Source: Lytechinus pictus (lineage: Eukaryota). From it: a stretch of DNA of 64,000 nucleotides. A program made the translations under genes and the position numbers. This document shows positions 52,276 through 64,000 of the stretch, in pieces. The notes beneath the pieces are model-generated. The model saw only the letters and a list, made by a program, of their open reading frames with translations. It was not told the origin of the DNA and ran no database searches. The stretch spans positions 23,624,001 through 23,688,000 of the forward strand of contig NC_087252.1 of the NCBI RefSeq assembly GCF_037042905.1, read 5' to 3'. Each line of letters begins with the position of its first letter. Within the stretch, counting starts at the first letter, position 1.

Positions 52276-52809
52276 GAAATAGTCATTAGGGTCAATACCG
52301 AACATGATTTTTTTTTGTCTGTTTCGATAGAGATGAAAATCCATTCAAATCAAGCACCTGCTTCTTCATTTTTTTATGTTTTGTTGTGGTTTATGTAGTG
52401 ATGGTTTGTTTGTTTGTTTGTTATTTATTTGCTTGTGCAGAGGTGTGTTTCATTCCATGTTAATGTTGATGTTAAGGTGCATGAAAACAAAAGAAACCGC
52501 TTAGAAACTCACTCATCACCACGGAAAAAAAAACAGTGACTTTCAATATTGTGTCATTTTGCAACTTTTGAATTTTGACCCTGCCCCACAAGGCACTGCA
52601 CCTCAATTTGAACCATAATCATTTCATGTAGGGTATCATTTTAAAGAAAATCAAATCTATTCATTAATATTAATTACACATTGATATTTACTACAACCGA
52701 GGAGTGATTAACGATCAAAGTCAGATTTCCAAACTTTTTTTTAGTTTATTTCAAAGTAAGAGCACAATTTTACTGACCCCCCAATTAATTTGATAATAAA
52801 TTTAATTGA

Positions 52810-53833
52810 TTTCAAATTAACTTTGACCTTGACTTAAAAACTCGCTTTTTCAACTCATATCATTTGTGATATCCAATACCGATCTCATACAAGTTTCATT
52901 TGTTATAAAGTATTTTTGAAGGTAATTAACAAAATACAAATTCTTATCCAAATCATTGATCAGAAATGACCTTTGACCTTGTACCAATAACCTGAAATCA
53001 TCCTCATCTAATTTCTGAAATCTTTTAAATGTTATAGGCCTAGGCATTTTTGTCTTTATACTTTCATTAATATGTCTAAAATATAAAATCCTAAGCTTAT
53101 ATTTTTACATTTACATTGAGTTGACCAACGATTGACCTTTAAACTTCGCCTAGTAAAGTGAATCTTGACTTTGTTTAAGTCTTTTTTGGTGACCTTTGAC
53201 CTTGATCATGTGACCTGAAAATCATGGAAGATGATCATTGGTACTTTATTACCTAAATCCTCTATAGGTTATGGTGGCTTTTCAAACACTTAACATTGAT
53301 TAAGATTTCGAGTTGATACCTGGGCCAGCAAGGCCAAAGTTCATCGACCCTAAGTGACATATGACCTAATCATATGAACTGAAACACATGATAAATGATC
53401 AGTAAAGCATTATGACACACTGGTTTAACATTTCCCATACTTTAAGGTATGTTGAGGTCGCTTAATTTGGAATACCTAATTTGGACATAAAATGTGAATC
53501 ATAATCTGGAGGTACGGAGAAAAAGGCAGAAAATATCAAAAAAAATATTTTCTTTCTTGAATAAAGTTGATTATTTTGATACCAATAGATTCCATGACCT
53601 CATAAAAGGTGGTTTTGGTGTCAAAATCATGATTCTATGTTACTCAGAAGCCGAGATATGTCGAAAACCCTGTTTTTGGCGGCATTTTGAAAAATCAAAG
53701 ATGGCGGCCATATAGGTCACGGTGCAAATGGAAACATTGTTATTCTGAATCCTTATACAATTACCTTTAAGAAAATGTATAATTTTCAATTTCTCCAAAT
53801 AAATCCGGCGAAATTACATAGCGAAACTGACTA
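52810..53833. mobile_element. Right arm of an Academ-type foldback repeat
   Basis: Ends GACTA; inverted similarity to 36430-37490. Confidence 0.6.
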
Positions 53834-54687
53834 ATGATACCACACTGAATATATTCGACGTCTATCTCTGTCTATTTTGTTCCTAAATAAACACATTTGA
53901 CCCCAATGTCTTCGTCGATATAGACTTTTCAAAATAAAGAACCCATGAAAAATAAGACTTCTAAACTTCTAACCACTTTTAGACGTGTATTTTGGCTTCC
54001 AATGAAAGTTTGTTGACCTTTTGGCCTTTCCCTGACCTTGTCTTGACCCTTTATATTTTCTGGATAAGGACTTCTGACGATGGACTTATCAAAATCGGAA
54101 ATAAAAAAAAGTACACACATGCATAAAGAGTATATGGTTGACAGAATTGGGGCAATAAAAAAATGACCCCTATTGACCCTAGTTTGACTCCTAACATGGT
54201 CAAGATGACCATTAGAAATTTGTCACCAAGTTGAAAGTTGTTCCTTGTGATGTCACCAATCACATAAAAGTGAAAAATCAGACTTAGCCAATTTGTCGAA
54301 GTAGCCGGTAAATCATGACATATGCTGCCTGACTATATTAAGTGATTATGCTAATTTATGCGCAATTAAAATGCAAAATCATACTTTTTCCTCTTACTCC
54401 CTAAATAAAGATAAAGATGTTCGAATTTTTGGTAAAAAAAAACTCTTTGTAAATGAAAGCTAGAATGAACCACACGCTGAAAATGCTTTAAAATGTGATC
54501 TTAACTATATAGTTATTTTTTAGTTTATAATATACGTTGTCAAACGGTATAGATCATTTCATAAATGATTCATGGGCAATTTTGGTAAAATGACCTTTCA
54601 TTTATTTCATTACGATAGGCAGATTTTAAAACAAGATATTATGCAAGCATGCCGTTAATACATAGCTGGATGAAGAAATTGTATAGC

Positions 54688-54893
54688 TAGTCCAGAATAG
54701 GCCCCATAGAAAATCGACTGAACCTTGTTTTTTCATATATACAATATTTTTTTATGGTTTCTTGTCACTTCGAGGGTGCTGATTACGAATCTGAATGATG
54801 CCACTCTGAAACATTATACAATAACCTTTCAAAAAATGTATAATTTTCAATTTCTCCAAAAAATCCGGCGAAATTACATAACGAAACTGACTA
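54688..54893. mobile_element. Chimeric Academ-type fragment
   Basis: Left ~120 bp match the 8729/11520 family end; right ~85 bp match the 53750-53833 end; no TSD. Confidence 0.6.
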
Positions 54894-54986
54894 CATAGTC
54901 GAAAACCGAATCATAGTTCAGATGACCGAAAATATGACACGGTATCTGATGATTGTAAACCAAAACAAAAGAAATCATGATCTAAA

Positions 54987-57277
54987 TTGAAAGGTCGAAA
55001 GAACAAACCGATCAGCGAAATGGACACAGCACACGATACTTTCACAGATCATGATCATTATCAGTCTAAAGGCAGTCCATCGAACTTTGCAAAATTTGAC
55101 ACAATACATACAAATGGACCACACACAGTTGTAAATTCAGTGGTACAAGTAGCATTTGCTAACATTGACATAATATGCCCACAGAGAGGACAACACAAGC
55201 TCTACCTAAGGCCTAAAAGTTTACTCAGGGGCAAGTGCTAACACTATCACAGTACGGACCGCCAAGGCAATACATGGCCCAAAGTGAGACTGAAAGAAAC
55301 ACCAGTAAAACTTGTAGCTTATAGTGAGATTCCGATTACATGTAAAAGTACACTAGACATAAAGTGTAAGAGTCCAAAATGGTCAACACAGACATTATAT
55401 GTAGCAGATGTCAAGGGTTCAGCTTTCCTTGGGTTGTTAGGTTGCACTGACTTTGGAATTATCACAATTCACTCAATGCACACTGACACGCCTACACCTA
55501 GCCCTAAATCCAAACAAAAACCTACCACAAGTGTTAAGGATCTCAAACAAGCATTTTCAGAGCAATTCGATGCTATTGATAGTTTCACCAATTGGTGCAG
55601 CGCCATGACCACCGTAGTGAAGACGGTTCTATCAGAAATTGTCTTGACCCAAGGAGGTTAAATGACGCCTTGAAGAGATACCCGCACAAGGTACGAACCT
55701 TAGAGGAGGTCCAACCTATCTTTGCAGGAGCCTACTACTTCTCAAAGTTAGACGCAAAGGTTGCTTACTGGTCAATTCACCTGGCTGAGGAATGCCAACA
55801 CATCACCACATTCAGAATACCATTTGGAAGGTACTGCTTCCAAAGAATACCATTTGGTATATGCACTAGACAAGACATCTTCCAGCAGCACATGGATAGG
55901 ATCGTCCCGATGTGCCCGGCTGCATATGCATTGCAGATGACATAGCAAGTGTAGGGAGAAAGGAGGAGGAACACGACAATAATCTGTACTTACTCATGGA
56001 GACAGCAAATCGAGAAGGTTTAGTGTTCAACAGCTCCAAGTGCACAATCAAAAATGAAGCTATCAAATTCTTTGGCCCGATATACACTAGATCAGGAATC
56101 TACCCAGATTCTAGCTAGGTAGAAGCCATCATATTATTACTCAAGGACAAAGAGGATGTTCAGAAATGCCTAGGTTTCTTCCCATACCTAGCAGCATACA
56201 TTCCTAATTTCTCGGAGAAGTCAGCACCACTATGAAAACTTCTTCAAAAGAAAGTACCGTTCATCTGGGACGATAATCATGAACATTTCTTGAACAGCCT
56301 GAAACGTGCAGTATCATCAGGTGCATATTTTAAATTCTATGACCCAGAGAAAGAGACAACTCTCGAGTTAGATGCATCGATGAAAAATATAGGACCATGC
56401 ATTGTTCAGGAAGGTAAACCAGTTGCGTTTGCATCCAAAAGTCTTTCCCCTTCACAGTCCAACTACTCAAACATAGAGACGGAAACCTTAGCACAAGTGT
56501 TTGGTATCAACCGCTTAAGTACATACTGTATCTATTCGGGAAGGAATTCACAGTCATAACCGATCACAGACCACTGGCAATGATATGGAAGAAACCTCTT
56601 AGAAGTGCACAACCACGTCTACAAAGATTACCGGTACTTACCAAAGTCCAAGAATACAGGTGTCAAGTCAAGTACCGACCAGGAAAAGACATGATTCTTT
56701 CTGATACCTTGAGTCGACTTTCTAATCCCAAGGAAGCACGCAATGAACCGCTAGATGTCAGAGTTGAATCCATCTGCTCTGAGATTCGCGTAAGATCGGC
56801 CTTATACTCTTCGGACAACACAAGATAACATAAATTCAGGGGAAAACAGCTAATGATCCCATTCTCAGATCATTTTAGCAAATACTTACTCAGGGTTAGC
56901 CTGAAACAATCCAAGAGTTACCGAAATCCCTTATTGGTCGTACAAAGATGAAATCGGAGTATCACACGAAGTACTCTACAAGGGAAGTCAAGTCATCATA
57001 CCAAAGACAGACGAATGATATTCTTAGACAGTTTCACCTAGGACACATGGAAATTGAAAGTACTAGACGACTTGCTCGTGAGACAGTGTTCTGGCCAAAC
57101 ATCAACAAGGACATCAACCAGCTGATAGAGCAGTGTGAAACATGCCAGAAACATCAAGCAAGACAGCAGAAAGAGCCTCTGCATCCCAATGATGTACCAC
57201 CAGCACTTTGTACCAGACTAGGAACTGACTTGTTAATGCTCGATAGACAAGAATACCTACTCGTCACTGATTACTAT
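54987..57277 (+). mobile_element. Decayed Ty3/Gypsy pol (RT, RNase H, integrase zinc finger)
   Basis: IRNCLDPRRLN, YFSKLDAKVAYW, RIPFG, IADDI, LDAS...AFASKSL...YSNIETETLA, YRPGKDMILSDTLSR and H..GH....C..C in RT-RH-IN order; many stops and frameshifts. Confidence 0.92.
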
Positions 57278-58504
57278 AAGCTAGTTCGTAGTTCCTATGC
57301 ATGATCAGAGGAAGGTCATTTGTACTAAAGTGACATGGTGGTTTAAAATCTAATGAGATAAACACCAACTTTGATGTTTTGATTATTCATATATTCTTTT
57401 GAATTGTGGTTTTCATTTCCATCCACAAAAAACAACAATGCGTCCTCGAACGACTGGTATTTCACACTTTGGTTTTACAAAATATCAACGCCAAATCTTG
57501 AGAATAAACAGATCACACCTGAGGGAAATTACATCCACCATCCCAACTCCAAAGCAGGGCTCAAAATTAGCGGTTGCCCGAGTGCCATTGGCAACCAAAA
57601 CTGCCGGCGGGCAACCAAAAAGTCCCATCATGGTTGCCCAGATGGCAACCAAGAAAATTCCGGATTTCTGTTTTTCTTTCTCGAAGAGAGTAAAATTCTC
57701 AAGGATTTTGCGGCAAGCAAGAATGCCTCCCAGTCCAAAGTTTACAACTGCAATTACAGGGAAAATATCTTTCAAGATCACATTTGCACTAAGTCTTAGC
57801 TCCAAAAGATCGCCCAACACATAAGCCAAAACGTTGCCTGCCGATGAGTTATGAGATTGACTGCCTGTCTGTCAAAGTTTGGCTAAGTCTTCCGTGAGAA
57901 CCATGAAGCTTAAATTTTGACATGATAAAAGTGGGGGTGTTGCAAGTTGTACAATGCAATTTACAGGAGGCCTTTTCCGTGATACTTCTGATTCGTCAAC
58001 ACATTTTCTACTTTCGCATTTTGGCATGGTTAACTGTTACACTACAACTATGCTATAGACCAGTTCGTAGTTACTTCAGGGACAATCTTGGTCAAATGAC
58101 CTTTCATTTCTTTCATTATGATAGGCAGATTTGAAAGCAAGATATTACGTAAGCATGCCTTACATGGCAGGATGAAGAAATTGAATAGACCAGGTGACTA
58201 GAATAGCACACCAATGAACACTTTATGAAGGTAGTTGTTGCATTCCTATTTTGAATGCATATCATAGCATGTTGCACAATGTTGGCAAACTGTGAAATAC
58301 CAGTCGTTCGTGGACGCATTGTTGTTTTTTGTGGATGTACATGAAAAAACACAATTCAAAAGTATGTATGCATAATCAAGATATCAAAGTTGGTGCTTAT
58401 CTCATTAGATTTTAAATCATTTCGTCACTTTCGTACAAATGACCTTCCTCTGATCATGCGCAGAATATTTTGATCATGCGCAGAAAGGAACTACGAACTG
58501 GCTT
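57278..58504. mobile_element. MITE with ~190-bp TIRs flanked by AT (PIF/ISL2EU-like assignment tentative)
   Basis: AAGCTAGTTCGTAGTTCCT...AGGAACTACGAACTGGCTT; 57280-57467 is inverted at 58290-58504; truncates the Gypsy integrase. Confidence 0.75.
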
Positions 58505-59741
58505 ATTGTTAGTTCACTAACCCAAGTCTAAATCTACAATCTTGCACCTACCAGTCAAAATAGTTAATAGATTAATAACACAACAATGCACATCTCAATG
58601 TACCAAAAGGACATTCTCTTTATTAACATTGATCAACAGAAAGAGGTTTTTGTCATTTTCGGCATTTTAATGTATCAGAATTGCTTCATTAAACCTGCTC
58701 AATTAATTTCTCATTCTCAGATTACCCTTAAAAAATGGTAATTTGTTTTCCTATGATGTCGAATTAAAAAGTTAAGAGTTTTTCGTCAGAATCCAAGATG
58801 ACCGCCAAAGGAACCCCATTGGAAAATATTTAAGTTTTCAGAACATCAAAATAGATTCATTTATTATACAACTCCAGGATTGAAAAGGTGTAGATTTGAA
58901 AAAACTTATCAATAGGGTGAAAAGGGTGGTAAAGATAATAACAATCTACATTAGCACATTTAAATCTGGGAAATAAAGTAAAAACTAACTAAATTTCTGA
59001 AAATTGAGTTTTCAATTTTCAGACATTATTAGTTTGTGAAAAAAAATTGTATCCATTTGGAATTTCGTTCACTTGATAATTGTATACTTAGAAAGTTTTC
59101 TAAAAGGTTTCAGGTCAATTGCATTATTTTCCTAAGATTTATGGTAAATCTTATAGTTCGCAAATTTTCAATTTGGGGGGAAATGTCAAAAATGCACTTT
59201 TCTTTTTAAGATCTCATCCGAATTAACCTCCTTTTTCATTACTCATATATATCGTATCAACCTGTAGAAAATTTATTCAGCTTTCATATGACACTAATTT
59301 TGTGACAAATTAATATTTGTGTCGGAATCTATGTACGAAAATCCTAATTCCATGAATACGGCGGGCATTTTGGACGTCATTTTGGATTTGAACCCCATGG
59401 GACATTATTTCGTTTTGGGAACATCAAAAAATATTCACTAGACATCTTGATTAATACAAAAATGTAGATTAAAAATAAATCAACAGGGTTCGTGGAAACC
59501 TTTTCTCTCTCCCTTATTAATTGATGCAAGCGCGAAGCGCAAGCTGAAAATTTGTGCTATTCAGACCAGAAAAGGGAACATTTTACTGTTTTTTAGGAAT
59601 TCATGGCGAGCAGAAATAACTCACCAATCCACTAATGCGAATGTCAGCAAGGAATGGAAATGTTTTATATTGAGACCTGAAATGAGGCAATATGTCACTA
59701 CATAAAACAATAAATCGAAGTGCGAGGAACTATATAATATA

Positions 59742-61885
59742 AATAATTACCGCCCAATTTCTTTGTTATCTACATTGTCGAAAATACTTGAAAAGATTAT
59801 TTATAAAAGAACTGTAAATTTTTTCAAATCAAATAATATTCTTTCAAATTCCCAATTTGGATTTAGGGAAAAGCATAGCACCACACATGCTTTATTGAGT
59901 TTCATTGAAAAAGCGGCACATTCAATCGATAAATCTTCTCATTTAATTGGTTTGTTCCTGGACTTCTCCAAGGCCTTCGACACCATTAATCATGATATTT
60001 TACTTAACAAATTACATCATTATGGAGTGCGTGGGAAGGCCTTGGAGTGGTTCAGGAGCTACCTCTTGAATAGGAAGCAATATGTCATTTTAAACGGTTG
60101 CAATTCTCAAATGAAAAAAAATAATTGTGGAGTTCCCCAGGGTAGTATTTTAGGCCCGATTTTGTTTATAGTTTATATTAATGATTTTTGTAGATCATCA
60201 GATGTTCTTTCTTTCATTCTCTTTGCGGACGACTCTAACTTATTTTTTTCACATAAAAATCCTCTTCACCTTGCTAATATAATCAACTCTGAACTAGAAA
60301 ATGTCACCGAATGGATAAGAGCAAATAAATTGTCACTAAATCTTCAAAAAACAAAATATATGTTGTTTAGCAACTCTATAAATACACTTCCTGTTGATAT
60401 TATTTTAGATGGAACTCCCTTGGAAAATGTATCCCATATTAAGTTTCTTGGAATAACAGTCGATAATAAGCTCTCATGGAAATTTTACATAGATAACATA
60501 TGTAACACTATTTCACGCAACATTGGTATAATTAACAAGCTTAAATTTTGTTTACCATTATCGTCCCTGCTTACAGTATATTCATCCCTTATATTGCCTT
60601 ATTTAAATTATGGAATTTTAGCGTGGGGTAATACACAACAAACACTCTTAGACAAATTACTCCTATTACAAAAGAAGTCTCTACGTATTATATGTCACAC
60701 GGCATATTTGTCTCATACTGACCCATTATTTTTTTAACATAAAATATTGAAAATTAAAGACTTATGTTTGTTTAATCTCGGTCAGTTCATGTATAACTAT
60801 AACAACAACAACCTCCCGAATGTATTTAATTCAATGTTTCCAACAAATCAATCCATTCACAACTATCCAACAAGGCGATTGGGTGAATTTCATTTACCAC
60901 TTTTAAGAACTTTGCGGGCTCAGAACACATTTATATATGATGGACCGAAGTTATGGAACTCACTTCATAATGATATAACAAATGCAAAATCTTTGAACTC
61001 TTTTAAGACTAAATTCAAATTATCTCTATTAAAACCTTATAATATACTCCCAAATTAAGTTTAATTCATCATCTCTGTCAAGTCATCATTATTACTTTAA
61101 AAACTACAATTAAAACATAAAATAATTATCCTTTTTTATTAAAAAAAAAATCTGACACAAGTCCTTCTCAGATGTGCTCATTATTGAACCTCATACATTA
61201 TTGTGTCTATCCTCTCTATTTTCTCCTCTCCTGTCCGCTTATCCGCCTTCCTACCGGTTATTTGTTCACGGCATCAATCACATTCTTCGTGCATTATATT
61301 CTTTCCAGGTTATTTTATATTTTTTTTTTCTCCTTTTATACACATCATTGAATCCAGTTTGCTTGAGTCCACGACGGCATGTGTTCTATCTACGTACAGC
61401 AGCACCCATCCATCTTCTCAGGGCATTCTCCCCTTTTTTCTTCTCCTTTTCTGGGGGGGGGGTGGGGTGGGGAAGGGTGGATATTTTTAGGTTGGGTTGT
61501 TTTGTCCTATATCAAACTATATATTTTTGATAACTTTGTATTTATTTTGTGAGTATTTCCCTCTCATGTATTTTTTTTCTCATTTGATTATCTGTATTTA
61601 TACTTTGTTATTTTTTTATTTGTTGTATTATCTATTTTTTGAGGGGCCCACATTGTACAAGCATTGCTTTTTTTGGGTCCCCCCATTTCCATCTTAATTT
61701 AATTTATATTGAAAAATAGTATACATATTTAAAACCTACAATGTGTTGCCCAAATTGTCTAAGTGTTTTTTCACAACATATGTATCATTAATTTTTTTTT
61801 TGCAACGGATACAAATATTTATGTTTATATATGGTATACAATTTGTTTTTGTTTGATGGAAGTGAAATAGATAAATTTGAAATAT
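59742..61885 (+). mobile_element. 5'-truncated CR1/L2-clade LINE (RT domain, C-terminus, 3' UTR)
   Basis: [40 protein letters not shown] and FADD in ORF 59763-60737; continues after one frameshift in 60747-61058; pyrimidine-rich 3' UTR. Confidence 0.9.
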
Positions 61886-62539
61886 ATATTTAATGTATTT
61901 TGAAATCGGGATGTTTTGTACAACAGGATTTTATATATCATTAAACCCCAATGCGAGCACCGTGAATGATTTCTTATGTAATATAATATAATAAATACAG
62001 CATAATATAATACACACTAATTTCTTCTTCCCCTGTCCTACGTTTCTCTTTCTTTCTCCATCTTTTTCTCATTTCCCTCCATTTTGCATCTGTTTTAGGG
62101 GGGCACGTGTCCCATCTAGTCAGTTATGCCATCGACAATATCAATCTTTGCTTACTCCTTTGTGTTTTAAGAAGGGGAAAACATTGGTAATAAGTTTCCA
62201 TTCCTGAAAATATCTGTCAAATATACTATCGCAGATTTATACAACTCTTCATGAAATATGATGGTGTTGTGACAAAGTTTAATTTTATTGTGCCACAAAC
62301 TTTGTATTGTAGTCCATGCACTTTAATTAGGCTGATATTTCAAACAAGTATTATAATGATATCAGTATCATTTATATAGCGCTATTTACATAGTGTTTAT
62401 AAGCGCTTTATGATTTATGCATGTACATAGTATTATTTGTCTTTAGCCAGACCAGTACAAATATTATTTCAATTTAAAAGTTGGGGGTTTGGGAGTTGTG
62501 AATGCAATGACAATGTAGGGCCCTATATTCCTTGTTATA

Positions 62540-63465
62540 CAGTGCGTATAAAAAAAGTTTACACTTTGAAAAAGCCCTGGGAATTAAACAATATACAACA
62601 TGTGGGTAATTTTTTCACATTTAATCTTGGGTTTGGGACTTTGGGTCTCATCTGTCCAATGAAAGTAAACGTTTTGACAGAATGTTTCATTTGAGCGAGC
62701 ACTCTCCATTTTTGTAAAGATCGCAGAAATCTGTTTGCGCAGAATTCCTTGTTTCTATGCTGTGTCAAGTGGAAAAGGCGAAATCAAACTTACCCTGCGA
62801 AGTATTTCTCATACATTTCCCTTGCACTTTTAGTCAATTGAAATAAAACGGATACACTCAAGTATTTTGTAACAATTTTGCCACCCAATTGAAATTTCAA
62901 CCCTTAGTAAACACAACCTTTACCCTTTTTGTGCCAGATGGATCTGAGGACATAACTGAATCTGAACAAAAGTTTATATCAGACATCTCCAGCATTTTTC
63001 ACTAAGTTTTTATTATTTAAAGTGGGTTTACAGTTCATTTTTCATTTATTACTTGTTTCTTCACACTTTTCCCAAGCTTGACAATGATTAACAAAATGAA
63101 AATCAAGTCTAAGCCATTTCATGTGAATCACAGCTCAGTGTAAATCAAATATTGTCACGTTGGTCTGTGTGTGGGGGGAGTGGGGTGGGGCGCAATGCAC
63201 TCTTCGACGTGTTTTGGGCAAGAAAACAAGTGTAAAAAAAGTTTTAAAAAATATCTTCAAATCAATTTTACTAGCTAAATTCTACGTGTTCTTCATGATT
63301 AGGTCTACTTTTATTCGCATAATATTTCAAAGTTCTGCGCAAATTATTTTTCACTAACTTTTCAAAAGGAAATATTTTTAACAGTTAAATTGTCATTTGC
63401 TTAAATGGATCTGTACCAATGTTAAATTGTGAAAAAAAGTGTAAACTTTTTTTTGATACGCACTG
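62540..63465. mobile_element. Tc1/mariner-type MITE
   Basis: TA-CAGTGCGTAT(A)nGTTTACACTTT...AAAGTGTAAAC(T)nGATACGCACTG-TA. Confidence 0.85.
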
Positions 63466-64000
63466 TATACAGTGTAGATATGTTAATTTGTATGCATATC
63501 AAGACACCCGAACAGCTTAAAACATGAGTACTAGTACATGGTTTTAACAATTGATATTTATCAAGGCCCATTATTTTAACATAAACTGTACTCAACAAAA
63601 AATAATTTCCCCCTAAATCAAAATCCTGTAACTTTTGCAAGGGATAATTTTGAAAAATAATATTTCGTAGTTGGATTTCTACACCCATTATGCACATTCT
63701 GTGAAAAAATGAGATTAATTGTTAAGTCATGCATGAGCAATCAAAGATTAGATTTTAAAAGTTACCATTTTCTGAAGTCACAAGAATCGTTTGTCAGATT
63801 GAGTAAGTACAGAGTTAGGCGCAGTTTGAGTTCTGGTAATTTTGCGTTGCTTTTAATGCTCATGCTGTTTTTTTACTGTCCATTTTTTCACCATCCATAA
63901 ATAACTTGATAACATATGTACATGGTTAAGCGAGCACAATTTTTATCATAGGGATTCATGGTAGTACCCTCTATAACTTAAAGGACAAGTCCACTCCAAC

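Overview
Eukaryotic, AT-rich, transposon-dense genomic DNA. The repeat repertoire resembles a marine invertebrate such as a sea urchin, but this is inference. The only intact host gene sequence is one ~5-kb minus-strand coding exon of a very large inducible GTPase (GVIN1/VLIG/URGCP family) at 22017-26983; its upstream exon(s) could not be located. It lies between two diverged direct copies of a large TTAA-flanked, TIR-bounded (Kolobok-like) non-autonomous element (349-8295 and 39224-48795). Comparing the two copies exposes filled and empty insertion sites. These include a 928-bp element with 41-bp TIRs, a 9-bp TSD and RecQ-helicase motif remnants (AcademH-like), and a 23-bp P-element-like footprint. 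Other content: Academ-type foldback elements, two nested Helentron-like elements carrying tRNA-derived segments, hAT/Tc1/Kolobok MITEs, degenerate L1/Tx1, CR1/L2 and RTE LINEs, a decayed Gypsy pol, and an AT-rich palindrome array. All calls were made by eye; no database searches were run.
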